A stretch of 64,000 nt of DNA from an uncultured Planctomycetota bacterium (GCA_963823665.1 CAWGMQ010000011.1:352001-416000); one strand, 5' to 3'; numbered from the stretch's first letter, positions 1 to 12,586 are shown. Notes: generated from the sequence alone by a model not told the origin. Program-made: numbers and translations.

Positions 1-3000
1 GAACAATGGGTATTACGACGTGCGGCTGACGGTCGAGGATGAGAGCGGCCAGGTGTCGACGGCCGACTACACTTACCAGGTGGATGGCGCTGCCAAGATC
101 GGCGACTTTACGGTGAGCTACCAGGACGTGAATATCCCCAACGCAGGACTCCCGATCACAATTACGCGAACTTATAGCAGCATGCAGAAGGACGTTTCGG
201 GAGACTTCGGCTACGGGTGGAGCTTGTCGACGAGCAACATCCAGGTCTCGGCATCCTCGGTCTTGGGTGCGGGCTTCATCGAGACAGAGACCCAGCTCCC
301 GGCCTCATCGCTCAACCCGCTCGGCGGTCTGGGCGGACTCGGAGGCTTGCCCGGTCTCGGCTTCCCGGGCCAGACACAGCGAACCGAGATTCAATACAGC
401 TTCGAGAACACGCAGAACGACCTGGTAACGATCAACTTGCCGGACGGGAGCAAGGAATCGTTCGACATGGGCTTCGTCGGCGTAACGTACAACTATGCGG
501 CCCCACCGCTTGACACAACCAGCATCTTTTTCGTGCCGCTTCCCGGTACGGGTACGACCGGAACCTTGCAGGCCTTGACCGACAACAACGTGATTGTCTC
601 GCCCGCGCAGGTCGGCCCGGTGACGTTCCTTGATGCATCGACAGGAGCCGTCTACAACCCCACGCTCTGGAAATACACCGATCAGGCCGGCACCGTCTTC
701 ATCATCAGCACGGCGAACGGGGTCCAGAGCGTGACAGACGCAAACGGCAACACCGACACCTACACGGCGAACGGGATCCAGTCGTCGGATGGACAGAACC
801 TGACGATTGCGCGCGACTCGCAGGGCCGGGTGACCTCCATCACCGAGCCGGACGGCAGTCAGATCCAGTATGGGTACGACTTCTACGGCGATCTCGTCAC
901 CGTGACCGATGCCGTGGGCAACGTGACGCGCTATACTTACGACTCGAACCATCTGCTCATATCGACTTATGACCCACTGGGACGGCAGGGCGCACGGAAT
1001 GAGTATGACTCGAGCGGCAGGTTGATTGCCGAGATTGACTCGCAGGGAAATGAGATAACCTTCGACCACGTTTTGCCCCAGAACACCGATTCCAAGACCG
1101 ATGCCCTGGGGAACACGACCACCTACATTTACGACGACCAGGGCAACATCATCGAACAGATTGACCCGCTGGGGGATGTGACTCAGTCAACCTATGACGA
1201 TCTCAATCACCTCCTCAGCCAGACTCAGGTCCTGGCTGATGGGACGAAGCTGACGACGTCCTATACCTACAACGCGCAAGGTGATAAGACGTCGGAGACC
1301 GATCCGATGGGAAACACGACGTATTTTACCTACGACGCCTTGGGCGACCTGTTGACGACGACGGACCCGATGGGCTACTTAACCTCCAGCACTTTTGACT
1401 CCGCAGGCAACCTCACCTCGACCACTGATGCCGATGGAAACACGACTCAATACGCGGACAACGCCTTCGGCGAGCTCGTACAATCCGAAGATCCAATGGG
1501 ATATGTGGATTCGTACAGTTATAACTTGTTCGGTGACTCTGTCGGTATGGTCGACGCGGCGGGGAATACCATGAGCGCGACCTTCGACTCCAGCGGAAAC
1601 CAGACGAGCACCGGCTATACCTGGATCAATCCGGCGAACCCATCGGATGTCCTCAATCCCACCGAGTATGTGGTATACGACGCAAACGGCCAGGAAACCC
1701 TCGACACAAAGGCCACCGGCGAGCAGGAGTCCTACGTGTATGACGCGGATGGCGACGTTGTGAAGGACGTCGATCCGCTCGGGGGGACGACTACCAGTAT
1801 CTACGACTCGAATAACGACCTGATCGAGACCGAGTATCCGGACGGGACCATCCAGAAGATGGTCTACAACGCACTTGGGAATATTACCTATGAAACCGAC
1901 CGATATAACCCGACAACAGGCGTGCTACCGGATGGGACATATACGGTCTATGACGCCGATCAGCGGATCATCGGCACAGAGCGTCTCTCCCAGATGGACG
2001 TGTCAGTCACCACAACTCCCGGCGGCGACAGCTCCAGTCTCTTTGTCTCCGCGGGAAGCGTCCTGAGCAGCACATCGACCACATATGACGCGGCAGGCCG
2101 AGTGATCGAGACCCGCGATTCAAATGGCGCGGTCACCATGAACGAATACAACCTGGACGGCAAGCTCACGTCGTCCGTCGACGCGCTCGGCGACCAGACC
2201 GAGTACACATACGACGCCGACGGCCGGCTCATCCAGATGACCGACCCATCGGGGAACGTCACTCAATATCAGTACGATCCCGACGGCAACCTCTTGAAGA
2301 CGACCTACGCCAACGGCACTTTCACGACCCAGACTTTTGACAAGGACAACCGAGTCACGAGCAGTACGGACGCGGCAGGCAACACGACGAACTACGAATA
2401 TGATTCGAACAATATGCTGACGGAGACGATCCTCCCCGCGGTGCCCGATCCCGCGAATGACGGCAAGTTAACGCGCCCGGAGTACGTTTATACGTACGAC
2501 AGCTACGGCAACATGGTGTCCATGACTGACCCTCTGGGGAACAAGACATCCTTCTCCTACGATCCATACGACGATCAAACTTCCGAGACGCTACCCGGAG
2601 GCCAGTCGGACTCGACCCAGTACGATGAGTTCGGGCGCATCACAGAGCAGATCGATTACAAGGGGCAGGTCACCGAGTACAAGTACGACACGTACGGCCG
2701 TCCCATCGAGACTCTGCTTTTCAGCGACGTTGCTCAGGCGGATTCAGGTGTCCCGTCAACGACCATCGTCTACACGTATGATGCCGAGGGTCGTCTCGCG
2801 AGCGTCGATGACCCGCGCGACGGGATCGAGAACCCTCACCTACAATTCTGAGAACGAAGCGACGACTGTTGATACACCCCAGGGTAATCTGTCTTACGCT
2901 TACGACCCCGCTACCGGAGCAGTGACCGAAACCTCGACGCAATACACAGACGTGCGCTATGCTTACGACGCGCTTGGTCGCCTGTCTACCGTGACGGTCG

Positions 3001-5903
3001 ACGAGGCCAATGGCGAGACCCTCGCATCGCCTCTTGTCACGACGTACGCGTACACCCCGACTGGCAACATCGCCTCGATCGTCCAGGCGAATGGCGTGGT
3101 GACCGACTACACCTACGACAGCCTGAATCGCCTGATCGGGATCACGGACACCAATGCGTCGGGCACGCTACTCGATAAGTATGAATACGTTCTCGACGCG
3201 GACGGCCGCCGCGTCTCCGCCGACGAGTTTGAGCTGCAGAGCAACGGGGTCCTTGATGAAGTCAAGATCAACTGGACTTTTGACGCACTCGGCCGGATGA
3301 CGAGCGAGGACTCTTCGGACGTGACCGGATTGCGTCCGGCACTTTCGTACGACACGACTTACACCTACGACCTCGATAGCAATCTGGTCGCCACGACCAC
3401 CGTGAACGCTAGCGGCACGACGACGGTCAATAACACGTACAACTCTGACGGCGAGCTTGTGGAAACGACCAATACATCGGGCTCAACGACGCTTTATACG
3501 TACGACGCCAACGGGTCGTTGATCGAGCAGCAGACGAACGGTCAACCAGCCGCCGCTTATGCCTACGACCTGCAGAATCGTCTGGTGAACGTGTCGCTCT
3601 ACAGCACGAATTCGAGCGGTGCGCTGGTGGCGACGGCAACGACCTACACTTACGACTTCGCCGGCAACCTGGTTGGCGAGCAAACCACCGTCTCGGTTGC
3701 CGGCGTCTATCAGAGCTCGACCGCAGAGGTGTTCGTCAATGACGCTCAGAACCCGAGCGGGTACACTCAGATCCTCGAGACTCGAGGTACGTCCGGAACC
3801 CCGAGCGCGACCTACGTGATCGGCAATCGCGTTCTGGCGCAGATCAGCTCATCGGGTGAAGCGCAATTCATCGAGACGGATGCCCTCGGGTCAACGCGAG
3901 TATTGACCGGCGCTACCGGTCAGATCTTGGATAGCTTCGATTACACGGCTTACGGATTGCCACTCGACTTCAATGCGCCCTCAGCCGCAACGATTGTGCT
4001 CTTTGCTGGGCAGGATTTCGACGCTGGCAGTGATGAGTACTACATGCGCACGCGCTTCTACGACCCGAGCACGGGCCAGTTCACCACAGAAGACACAGCC
4101 CAAGGGAATGGCGATTCTCCGCTTACGTTCAACGAGTATCTCTACGCTGACGGCGATCCGACGAACGCGACCGATCCCAGCGGGCACGGAATCTTCTGGG
4201 CGGAAGTTGGCAAAGAAGTTCACGACGGGCTGAGCGCGGACTTCATAGCTAAAACTGGACCCGGTGCAGTAACAGATAACCATCTAGCCGATATCTTGAT
4301 TCTTATTGAGGGAATCGCGGCAGACATTGCCGCGCTGATTCCCATCTATGGTGTTGTGGCGACAGTGGCTGACACTCTCGGCATCGATGTGGACACCTTG
4401 CCCAAGACTCTGTTGTCGCGGCCCGACCTCCTGAACTCAATCACAGGTGCGATTTATGAGATCAAGCCAAACAAGCCGGGTCAGATCGTAAAAGGACGGG
4501 CGCAGCTTGCGGGTTATGTCGCGACCCTCACCATCACCTCCAGTAAGCCGCCGGGCTTCTGGCATGAGGGGTCGCCACCCGTCGACGCTTATATACCGGT
4601 TTCGACGATCTATTCACCCACACTTGGAAATGATACTTACATCACCCCCTTGTGGCCTGGACTGATTGTTTACTCGAATATTCAGGCAGCAAAAGATGAT
4701 CTTGCGCTTGAACTCGTGCTAAACATCGTTGGCATACTCGTATTCGCAGCGCTCGGGGGGTTTGGCGCGCTCCCTGCGCTGGGCGAGCTCGGCGAGCTCG
4801 GCGAGCTCGGCGGACTTGCGACTGCGCTGGATGCGGGGCCTGTTCCGCCTCATGCGCCGCCCGTCGATACAAAACTCCAGACCGCTGACGCGAGGATCCC
4901 GGCCGTGCTTCAGGAAGCAGAGCAGGCCTGGGAGCCCGCGATTGGAGGTTCTTGGCCCGTCGCAGTGAACGTCCTGGTGCAGCCCTTGCCGGCGGGACGT
5001 CTGGGTGAAACAATCGTCACGTCTTGGGCCGCCGATGGTCGTCCTCTGGCCGGCGTCATTTATCTCTCTCCAGACGCGGCCGGGCAGGGCTGGTTTATCG
5101 ACGATCGCGTGGAAGATCCTGGCAATTTTCCCCTGCTCCTGTCATCGACCGCCTCAGCCGCCGTTCCGGGTTCGAATGCGTACGGAGGTTATGACCTCCT
5201 GACCACATTGGAGCACGAGCTGGGCCACATCCTCGCTTTCGACCCGTCCAATCCCGGCTACGAAGGCCACCTCCAGACTGAGAACGGCTCACAAGTCTTC
5301 GTCGGAGCGGACTTCACCCTCCCTGTCGCGCCGGGGGGCGAGCTCAACCCTGCCCTCTATCTCGATGACGTGATGGCCGCGACCCTCGTCCCCGGCGTAC
5401 GCAAGCTGCCCGCGGCGAACGAGATGGCCGTGGTTAGCGCCCTGTGGAGCGGCGATTATACGCCTCCCTCCCAACCGATTAATGGCTCGCCTCCCGCCGC
5501 CGTCGTGCAGGCCGCCGTCCTGCCGGCGTTGCCGCCGGTTCACGTTGCCCCCGTTCCCACGGCGGTGATCGTGGATCACGCCATCGCTGCGCTCGCTCCG
5601 AGTGCGACGGCGATTGGCCCGGTCCCGTCGACCGACTCGCAAAGCGACCAGCGGGCGGGCCGCGCCGCAACCAACTACCGCGAAGGCCACCGAGTGATCG
5701 TCGAGTCAAAGGCCCACGGCGCCGATAACGGTCGAACGAAGTTGGCACAGCAGGCGGGCTCGAGCGCCCATTCCAAGGACCACCAAGAGGCTCTGTCGAC
5801 ACCGCCCGACGGCAGTCTCGCGATCCAGTTCTCGGGTAGCGTCTCCAAAAACCATCGCGCTACCGACAAGAAAGCCGGATACGTTCCCTTGCCACGTCTG
5901 TAG
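1..5903 (+). CDS. Giant RHS/YD-repeat protein (5' partial) with post-core nuclease-like toxin region and C-terminal HExxH domain; one frameshift at ~2830
   Basis: ORFs 20-2851 and 2625-5903 join if one A is removed at ~2830 (atc gag a acc ctc acc tac gives DGIETLTYNSE). Pre-RHS motif RTYSS..GDFGYGW, dozens of YxYDxxGxL repeats, RHS core YYMRTRFYDPSTGQF..YLYADGDPTNATDPSG (DPSG at 4173-4184). The frame is open from the window start. Confidence 0.93.
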
Positions 5904-5929
5904 AGGTAGAACCCCGTCTCCGAAGCTAG

Positions 5930-6736
5930 CTATTTCATGCCCAATTGAGAAGCTAACTGGCGCCATTCCGGCACCATTTCCTCCTCCAGTTTTTGGGCAA
6001 GGAATGCGATGTTATCAAACGTCATCGTCAGGTTTTTTTCCGTAGTAAACGGTATGTACATTACTACGATGCCCTCGGCATGCTCCTGCTTTCCAATCGT
6101 CCAGTAAATAAACGGTATTCTCACGCTAAGACGTTGGAGAGCATCGTGCGATACGCGGTCATACATAAAAGTGGAATCGAGACTGTTTCTCCATGTGCCG
6201 AAATCGAATCGGCATTCCAATGTTTCATATTCGGATATTTTCTTATTATATCTATAATTCTTTCCCTTGTAGCCCAATGGCTTGAATCGAGGGCCGATAA
6301 TTTTTTCACGTTTCACGCCTGGTTCTCTATGCAGAATAACAACAGGATAGTTGTGTCCGTCCAGAACGGTGTGAAACTGCGGTTGAGGATTGTAAGGCTT
6401 GTCAGAAGAAAATTCAGATTCCCAAAGCACCCTGTACTTCTCTTGCTGCTTCGTAATAAGGGATTGACTCCGCTCCCGCGTGATATCCGCCTTGATGAAG
6501 GCAGCGGGAAGCGGCTCAAGGTCGGACACGACAACAGCTTCAAGAGGCATGTACCGGATCTCACCGGGACTGTATGGCTCGTGCGCACCAATCCGCAATG
6601 CTTTGACATGGTAGTCCTCAAGGGCATGCGGCAAATGCCGATGAAGGGCCAGGTCATACATATATTCCGTTGCGACCTTCTTCGCTTGACGTTCCGCCTC
6701 TTTCAATGGCGCATCGATAGTTTTATCGTCAGACAA
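5930..6736 (-). CDS. AT-rich hypothetical protein (~268 aa), candidate immunity protein
   Basis: Long ORF with GGAGGAGG RBS just before a TTG at 6736 (the track starts it at 6832). Soluble, charged composition. Line 6241-6300 is 23/60 GC, far below the flanks. Confidence 0.7.
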   Translation of the reverse strand: MSDDKTIDAPLKEAERQAKKVATEYMYDLALHRHLPHALEDYHVKALRIGAHEPYSPGEIRYMPLEAVVVSDLEPLPAAFIKADITRERSQSLITKQQEKYRVLWESEFSSDKPYNPQPQFHTVLDGHNYPVVILHREPGVKREKIIGPRFKPLGYKGKNYRYNKKISEYETLECRFDFGTWRNSLDSTFMYDRVSHDALQRLSVRIPFIYWTIGKQEHAEGIVVMYIPFTTEKNLTMTFDNIAFLAQKLEEEMVPEWRQLASQLGMK

Positions 6737-7185
6737 TATGCCTCCTCCCGCTCCGCGATGACGCGGTAGAGGGTTGCTATAACTTCCCGCCGTCTCAAAA
6801 TTGGTCAGTTTTGGTACGACGGTGCTGAGCACTTCACCCGATCATCAAATCCGTCCCGACATTATATCCTAGATCCATTTATTGTGTTGCGTCCATGCAA
6901 TTCTGCTCCTTCATAAGACGGGTTTTCCCTGGGAGGCTACTCAGAGCTGATGTCTCAAAAAATCATCATGGCAGCGGACTTGCTGATCGAGTGCGTTGCT
7001 TCATTGCGCTTGGCCAGGTAGAATCTGCCCGCGGAACGGAGATCCCGCTGATTACTATGCGCTTATCCGATGACCGATCCGGGCGCGGATTACGCCCGTC
7101 TCATTCCCGCTTGATTCACGGGAAAGCATTTCCTTTCGGTCGAGATTGAGGCCAATTGACGTATTTTCGAGCCCGAGGGCGTGAT

Positions 7186-7935
7186 ATGAGATTTCGTGGA
7201 AGCAGGCCGCTTGTCATCGCGTTGTTTGCCGTTCTCGCTTCGCTTGTGGTCGTTTCGCCCGCCCGCGCCGACTTGGTCCTGGGCTTTCCTAACGGCCTCA
7301 CGGGCTGGAGCACGTACGGTGATCCCGGCTCGGTGTCGGCCAGCGGTGGCCTGGCCACCATCACCGATAACACGTCTACCCAAGAGACCGACCTTTACAT
7401 AAGCTTCACGGTCCCGACCGGGGGGGCTCAGACCCTGCAATTCACGATCAACTCGGTCTCTGCTGACTCTTCTTATGGTGCATTCTTGGCCCCCTTTTTC
7501 GGGGCCTCGTTCGGGTTAATCACACCAGACCCGACCGGAGTTAACCCGCCTGCGGTCTCCCCGCTGGTCCCGACGGCCTATCCGGACACCGACTCTTTCT
7601 ACACCATGGACGTGGTTACGAACCCCAACCCGGCAATGACGGCGCCGGGGGTTACTGTTTCGTATCCAGCCGGAGTTTTCGCCCAGGTCAGCGTTTACCT
7701 CCCCTCCACTCTGGATGGTCAGTCCGCGGGTGTCCTCTTCCGTCTGAACGGAGGCTCGGACGGAGACATTGGATCATCCGTCACGATCTCCAACGTCTTG
7801 ATTGTCACGGGCGCGGCTGTCCCCGAGCCGTCCTCGATTGTTCCGGGCTTTACCGCCGCAGTCGTCGTGGCCGGCACTCTGGGCGCACTCGCTCGCCGGC
7901 GGGCGGCCGCGAAGAAGCATCGTCTCGCTTCTTGA
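7186..7935 (+). CDS. PEP-CTERM sorting domain protein
   Basis: Signal peptide ending PARA; C-terminal VPEPSS, hydrophobic helix and RRR. Confidence 0.9.
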   Translation: MRFRGSRPLVIALFAVLASLVVVSPARADLVLGFPNGLTGWSTYGDPGSVSASGGLATITDNTSTQETDLYISFTVPTGGAQTLQFTINSVSADSSYGAFLAPFFGASFGLITPDPTGVNPPAVSPLVPTAYPDTDSFYTMDVVTNPNPAMTAPGVTVSYPAGVFAQVSVYLPSTLDGQSAGVLFRLNGGSDGDIGSSVTISNVLIVTGAAVPEPSSIVPGFTAAVVVAGTLGALARRRAAAKKHRLAS

Positions 7936-8046
7936 AGCTTGTCGAGAACCTGGGCGCCATGGCGAGTATCTTCGAGCGGGATCATGTCCCCGGGCTTCGT
8001 CAGCCCCTGAAGAGCATTGCACCGGCACGCGATTGAGGTGCGTGGC

Positions 8047-8538
8047 TCACCGGGCGAGCGTCAGTCGCGCCGTGTACGCCCCGGTCTCTCCCTCCATCGA
8101 CGTGGGCCGGCGATTCGGATCCGCGTTTGAAACGTCATTGCCGTACCAGAAGAGCCGCAGGGTCGACCCGTCGCGCTCATAGACTGTTCGAGTGAGGCCA
8201 TCCCAACGGTTGGCCGCCACCGATCCCGGGGCCAGAGGAAAGCGGATATCCATGTGCCTGGGCGCCGGCCGGCCGCTCAGTCGGAAATGTGCTTCCGACC
8301 GTTCCGGATTCCCTGCCAACTCGAACGTGAACGTCATCGCCACGCCGTCGATCACCACCCGATCTTCGGGTGAGACCGGCTCCGCCCGGCCGCCGTTATC
8401 CCGAGACACGATGCGCCAGACGCCGTGCAGGTCAATGCGCTCGGCCGCTTCCGGCAGATAGTGGTGATGCACCACCGCGATGATCGCTGCTATCGTCGCG
8501 GCAAGCAGAGTGATTCCGATCCGGCGAGTGAGCGTCAT
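8047..8538 (-). CDS. TIGR03067-like Planctomycete domain protein
   Basis: N-terminal membrane anchor, then LHGVWRIVS..PRHMDI..YERDGSTLRL pattern typical of the family. Confidence 0.7.
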   Translation of the reverse strand: MTLTRRIGITLLAATIAAIIAVVHHHYLPEAAERIDLHGVWRIVSRDNGGRAEPVSPEDRVVIDGVAMTFTFELAGNPERSEAHFRLSGRPAPRHMDIRFPLAPGSVAANRWDGLTRTVYERDGSTLRLFWYGNDVSNADPNRRPTSMEGETGAYTARLTLAR

Positions 8539-8795
8539 CTCGCGCTCTCCGCGGTCGCTCTGTCGCGGGCAAGGGCCTCACGCCGCCGGACCTCGAGATG
8601 AAGCTGCTCGAGCGTCGGCGGTTTCTCCGATGCCGTCCGGAAAACGGCGTAGGCCACCGCGAGCACGGGCAAGGCGTACAGGTAGGCCCAGCCAGGCACC
8701 CGCACCCAGTGCGCCACGGGCAAGACGAGAAGAACAAGAGTCCCAATCGCTGCGGCGAATCTTCCGTAAAGCGAGGCTAGAATGCGAATGTTCAT
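8535..8795 (-). CDS. Small two-TM membrane protein
   Basis: MNIRILASLY.. with two hydrophobic segments; stop overlaps the ATG of the next gene (ATGA). Confidence 0.55.
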   Translation of the reverse strand: MNIRILASLYGRFAAAIGTLVLLVLPVAHWVRVPGWAYLYALPVLAVAYAVFRTASEKPPTLEQLHLEVRRREALARDRATAESAR

Positions 8796-9020
8796 CACGC
8801 GCTTCCCGCACGAAACCGAAGCCCGAACCCTGACCATCGCTCGCTCTGGTGGGTCTCGTAGAGTTGTTCGATGTGTGCAGGGTGAATATTGACGACGTCC
8901 GATACGATGTACCACGCTCGGTACGGCCGCCCGGCTTTGCTCAGGCGAATGCTTCGAAGAGATGGCCGTTCGGATCTGGAAAGAACACGCGTCCATGACC
9001 GCCGAGAAAATCGGTGATCT

Positions 9021-12000
9021 TCACGACATCACATGCCGCGGCTTGGGATCCTTGTAGCGCTCAAGCAGGCCGGGGTTGAGGCCATACCCCATCCCCAGCA
9101 GCTTGACCGGGTGCAGCGTGCGCTTGGAGGTTCCCTGTTCCATCTGGATCCGGCAGGCGCCGCATTCGGTGGCTCCGATGTCGATGTCGGGTTCGCGCAG
9201 CCGGGTCATGAGCCCTCTCCCGGCGCGGAGCGAGTTCCAGAAACGCTCGCGCGAGAGCCCGAACGTGCCTCCCATGCCCGAGCAGCCGCGGTTGATGAAC
9301 TCGACGTCGAGCGAGAGCACGTCGCGCAACAGCAGGAGCCCCGGTGTGCCGGCGCCCGTGGCGCGTAAGTGACACGGCTGATGATAGCCCACGCGGGCGT
9401 CGAGCCTCTGGGGCACCTTCGGAAGCTGGCCCCTGGCTTCCAGTCCAAGCAAATACTGCCCCACATCCATCGTGTTCGAGGCGACGAGCTCGGCGTCGAG
9501 GTCTTCCGTCAGCTTGACGTATTCTTGCTGAAGCATGAGCGCGGCCGTGGGCTCGGAGCAAATCACGGTGTAGCCGTCGCGCACTGCATTGGCGAGCAAC
9601 CGCAGGTTGGCCATGGCCGCCTCGCGTGCGTGGTCGATGTCGCCCACCAGGAGCGCGGCCATTCCCGAGCCGCGCTGCGCGCGGGCACGAACACGTTCAC
9701 TTCGGCGTGCCGCAGCACCTTCACGACCGAATCGGCCAGCTCCTGATCGTAATAATTGGCATACACGTCCACGAAATACACGACGCGCGGCCCGCTCAAC
9801 TGGGGCCGGGGTTTGTCGAGCCCGAGCCGCGCCGCTCGCCGGGTGAAGCTCGAGCGCGTCACCCTGGGCAGCACCCTGTGCCGCGAAACGCCCAGCATCC
9901 GCTCCAGCAGCCAGCGCGATGAGCGGCGGGCCAGGAGGAAGTTGGTGATGATCGGGAACCGGCTCGCCAGCCGCGCCCAGAACTCGGTGCGCGAGAAGAC
10001 CCAGTCGTGAGGCGGAAGCCCGTGCATCTCGACATAGGCTGCCTTGGCCTCGAGCATCAGGCTCGAGACGTCCACTGCCGACGGGCACTCACTGCGGCAG
10101 AGCTTGCAATGAATGCACAGGTCGGCGTGCGCCTTGAATTCGTCGGACCCCCATAGCCGCGGATCAAGCCGCCCGGTGGCGATCTCGCGCACCAGGTTTG
10201 CCTGCGACCGGGGCGAGGCCGCCTCGTGCCGCAGGGCGCGGAAGCTCGGGCACATCCGCGCGGTCGGCTCGAGCGAGCGGCAGGTGCCGCAGCCCTGGCA
10301 GTTGGCTGCCGTCTCGACGAGCGACAGCGCCGGCCAGCGCAGGGCCGGCTCGATCACCGGTTCATCCAGCGGCGCGCCGCCTTCGCCCGCGCCCGCCGCC
10401 GATGAGCTCTCTCCCGCGGCCGGCGTGCCGCGGCGAGCTCGACGCGAATCTCGCTGCTCGACCACGAGAGCGGCGTCTGCGGCTCGGCGATCGCCGGCGG
10501 CCGTGCCTGCGGCGCCGGCCAGGGCTTCAAGTCTCGGAGCAGAAGATGAGGATCATCGCCGATCACCTTGCCCGGATTGAGCTGGTCGAGTGGGTCGAAC
10601 GCATCCTTGATCTCGCGGAAGACCTGGGAGAGCTCACCGTACTGCTTGCGCAGAAACTGCGTGCGCGCCAGCCCGCATGCTTGCGCGCCGCTGATCGTGC
10701 CGCCGGCCTCGAGCACGATGTCGTAGACCGCCGTGGCCAGCGGCTCGAGCTTGGCCCGATCGCCGGGGTCGGAAAGATCCAGAAACGGCCGCAGCCGGAG
10801 CCGGCCGTCGCCGGCACAGGCGTCCAGCGTCCACGTGATATTCTGCTGCTGCAACAGGCCTTGAAGCCGCTGAAGCACGACGGCGAGCTGCTCCGGCGGC
10901 ACCGCGACGTCGTCGACGATCGAGACCGGCCGCGCCCGGCCCCGCGACCGCATGAGCAATGGCTCGACCAGTCTCCGCAGGCCCAGGAGGCGATTGCACT
11001 CCGCGGGCTCGAGGGCCCCGACGGGCTCCGAGACCAGCGTTCCAGTCCGCGCAGCGATCTCCCTGACCTGAGCCAGTCGTGCCGAGATCGTGGCCGGCTC
11101 GTCCCCCTCGAATTCCACCGTCAGGATCGCCTCGGCCGATTCGTCGATCCAGCCGCGCAAGAGCAGGTCGGCGTCGCGCGCCAGCGAGAGCGCTCGCCGG
11201 TCGAACAGGTCGCACGATGCAGGATCGAGCCCTCGCCTCAAGATCTGCTCGGCGAAGGCTGCGGCGTCGAGCAGCCCGGAAAACGCCAGGAGCACGACAC
11301 CTCGCGCGGCGGCAAGGGGAACCGTGCGCAGCACGGCTGCAAGCGTGACGGCCAGGGTCCCTTCCGAGCCGGCAAGCAGTCTGCCCAGGTGAATGCCCGT
11401 GTCGCTCGCCGCGCGATGAAGCGCGTAGCCGGCCCGGTTGCGCGCGCGCGAGCAGATCCTCGCCAGCCGGCTTTCACTATTGCGGAAGATCATCTGGAGC
11501 TTGCGAACCACCAGCTCCTTGAAATCGCCCGGATCCGAGTCGTAAGCCGGCCAGGGCTCGAAGCCCACGTCCGCGACCTCGCCCCGCGCAAAGACCACCC
11601 GCAGCCTGTCGACCTGATCGCCCGAGGAACCATGCTTGATCGACCGGGGCCCGGCCGCATCCACGGCGATCATGCCTCCCACCGTCATGACGTCCGAGTT
11701 GTGGGCGACCGGCTCGAGCCGCCGCCCGGTTCGCGCAAGCTGCGCATTGAGCGCGTCCAGCACGACGCCGGCCTCCACCACGACGTGGTCGCCCCCGATC
11801 GAGATCACCCGCCGAAAATGGCGGCTCAAATCGACGATCAGCCCGCGCCCGAGCGCGCCGCCGCCCGAGTCGGTGCCCGCCCCTCGCACATGGACGGCGA
11901 TCCGGTTCTCGGCCGCATACCGCACGACGTTCACCACGTCGTGCTCGCTGCGCGGCAGGACAACTCCCAGCGGATCGATCTCGTAAAGGCTCGAGTCGAT

Positions 12001-12105
12001 CGCGTAAGGAGCCCGGTCCAGGGGCTCGAAGTAAAGCTCCCCCTCGACCAGTCCCCGCAAATCGTCATAGATCCGCGCACGCGGTTCGTCCACGGCGGCA
12101 ATCAT
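9021..12105 (-). CDS. FAD-binding / Fe-S oxidoreductase (GlcD-GlcF type fusion); frameshifts at ~10470 and ~9690
   Basis: RGAGTDSGG FAD motif, GSEGTL, LNPGKV, two ferredoxin motifs (CQGCGTC, CIHCKLC..CP) and a CCG-like C-terminus (HQPCH, CSGMGG, ECGAC) spread over three ORFs. Confidence 0.9.
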
Positions 12106-12586
12106 CCCTCACGACTGGATTCCCGGATCTGCTCGGCCCGCATTCTCTCCTGCCGGTATCGCTCGCCGATCCCCAGATCAAAGGGCTTGAACTTACCCGG
12201 CGGGTTCGCCCCCTGGCCGCGAAACTGCGAGAGACACCGATAGCAGATCGTGACGTCCGGCACCTGGTAGTACAGCAAGAAATCCAGCGCAATCGAAATA
12301 ATTAAGACAAGATACGTTAAAAGCGGCATTTCATAATACCAGAAGACCGTGCTGATTGCGAAGCCCACGAGCACGATGAAGAGGCCGAGCCCCTTGGGAA
12401 AGTCTTTCTGGATAAAGAGATCGCTCGTCGTGCACAGCGGGCAGAACTGGAGCTCGCCTCCTGCGCAGCCCCCCGGTCGATCGCTCTGGAGGAGCCGCAC
12501 CGCCGGCAGGTTGCTTCCGAGGCAGTCTCGAGCGGCGACACAGAGCCGACCGTGCCACAATTCTTGCAGGAATAGGTCAGCTCCAT
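12102..12586 (-). CDS. Zn-ribbon membrane protein; frameshift at ~12465
   Basis: MELTYSCKNC..CRRC in one frame continues as CPLC..QKDFP, two TM segments and CYRC in another. Confidence 0.7.

Noticed and set aside
5993..6769. 258-aa plus-strand ORF in the usual immunity-gene position
   Set aside because: It is the codon-aligned antisense of the minus-strand gene, has no clear RBS and has an unnatural composition. The minus ORF has a strong RBS.
10198..12243. 681-aa plus-strand ORF; also 48983-50704 and 60238-61533
   Set aside because: Each is antisense to a well-supported gene.
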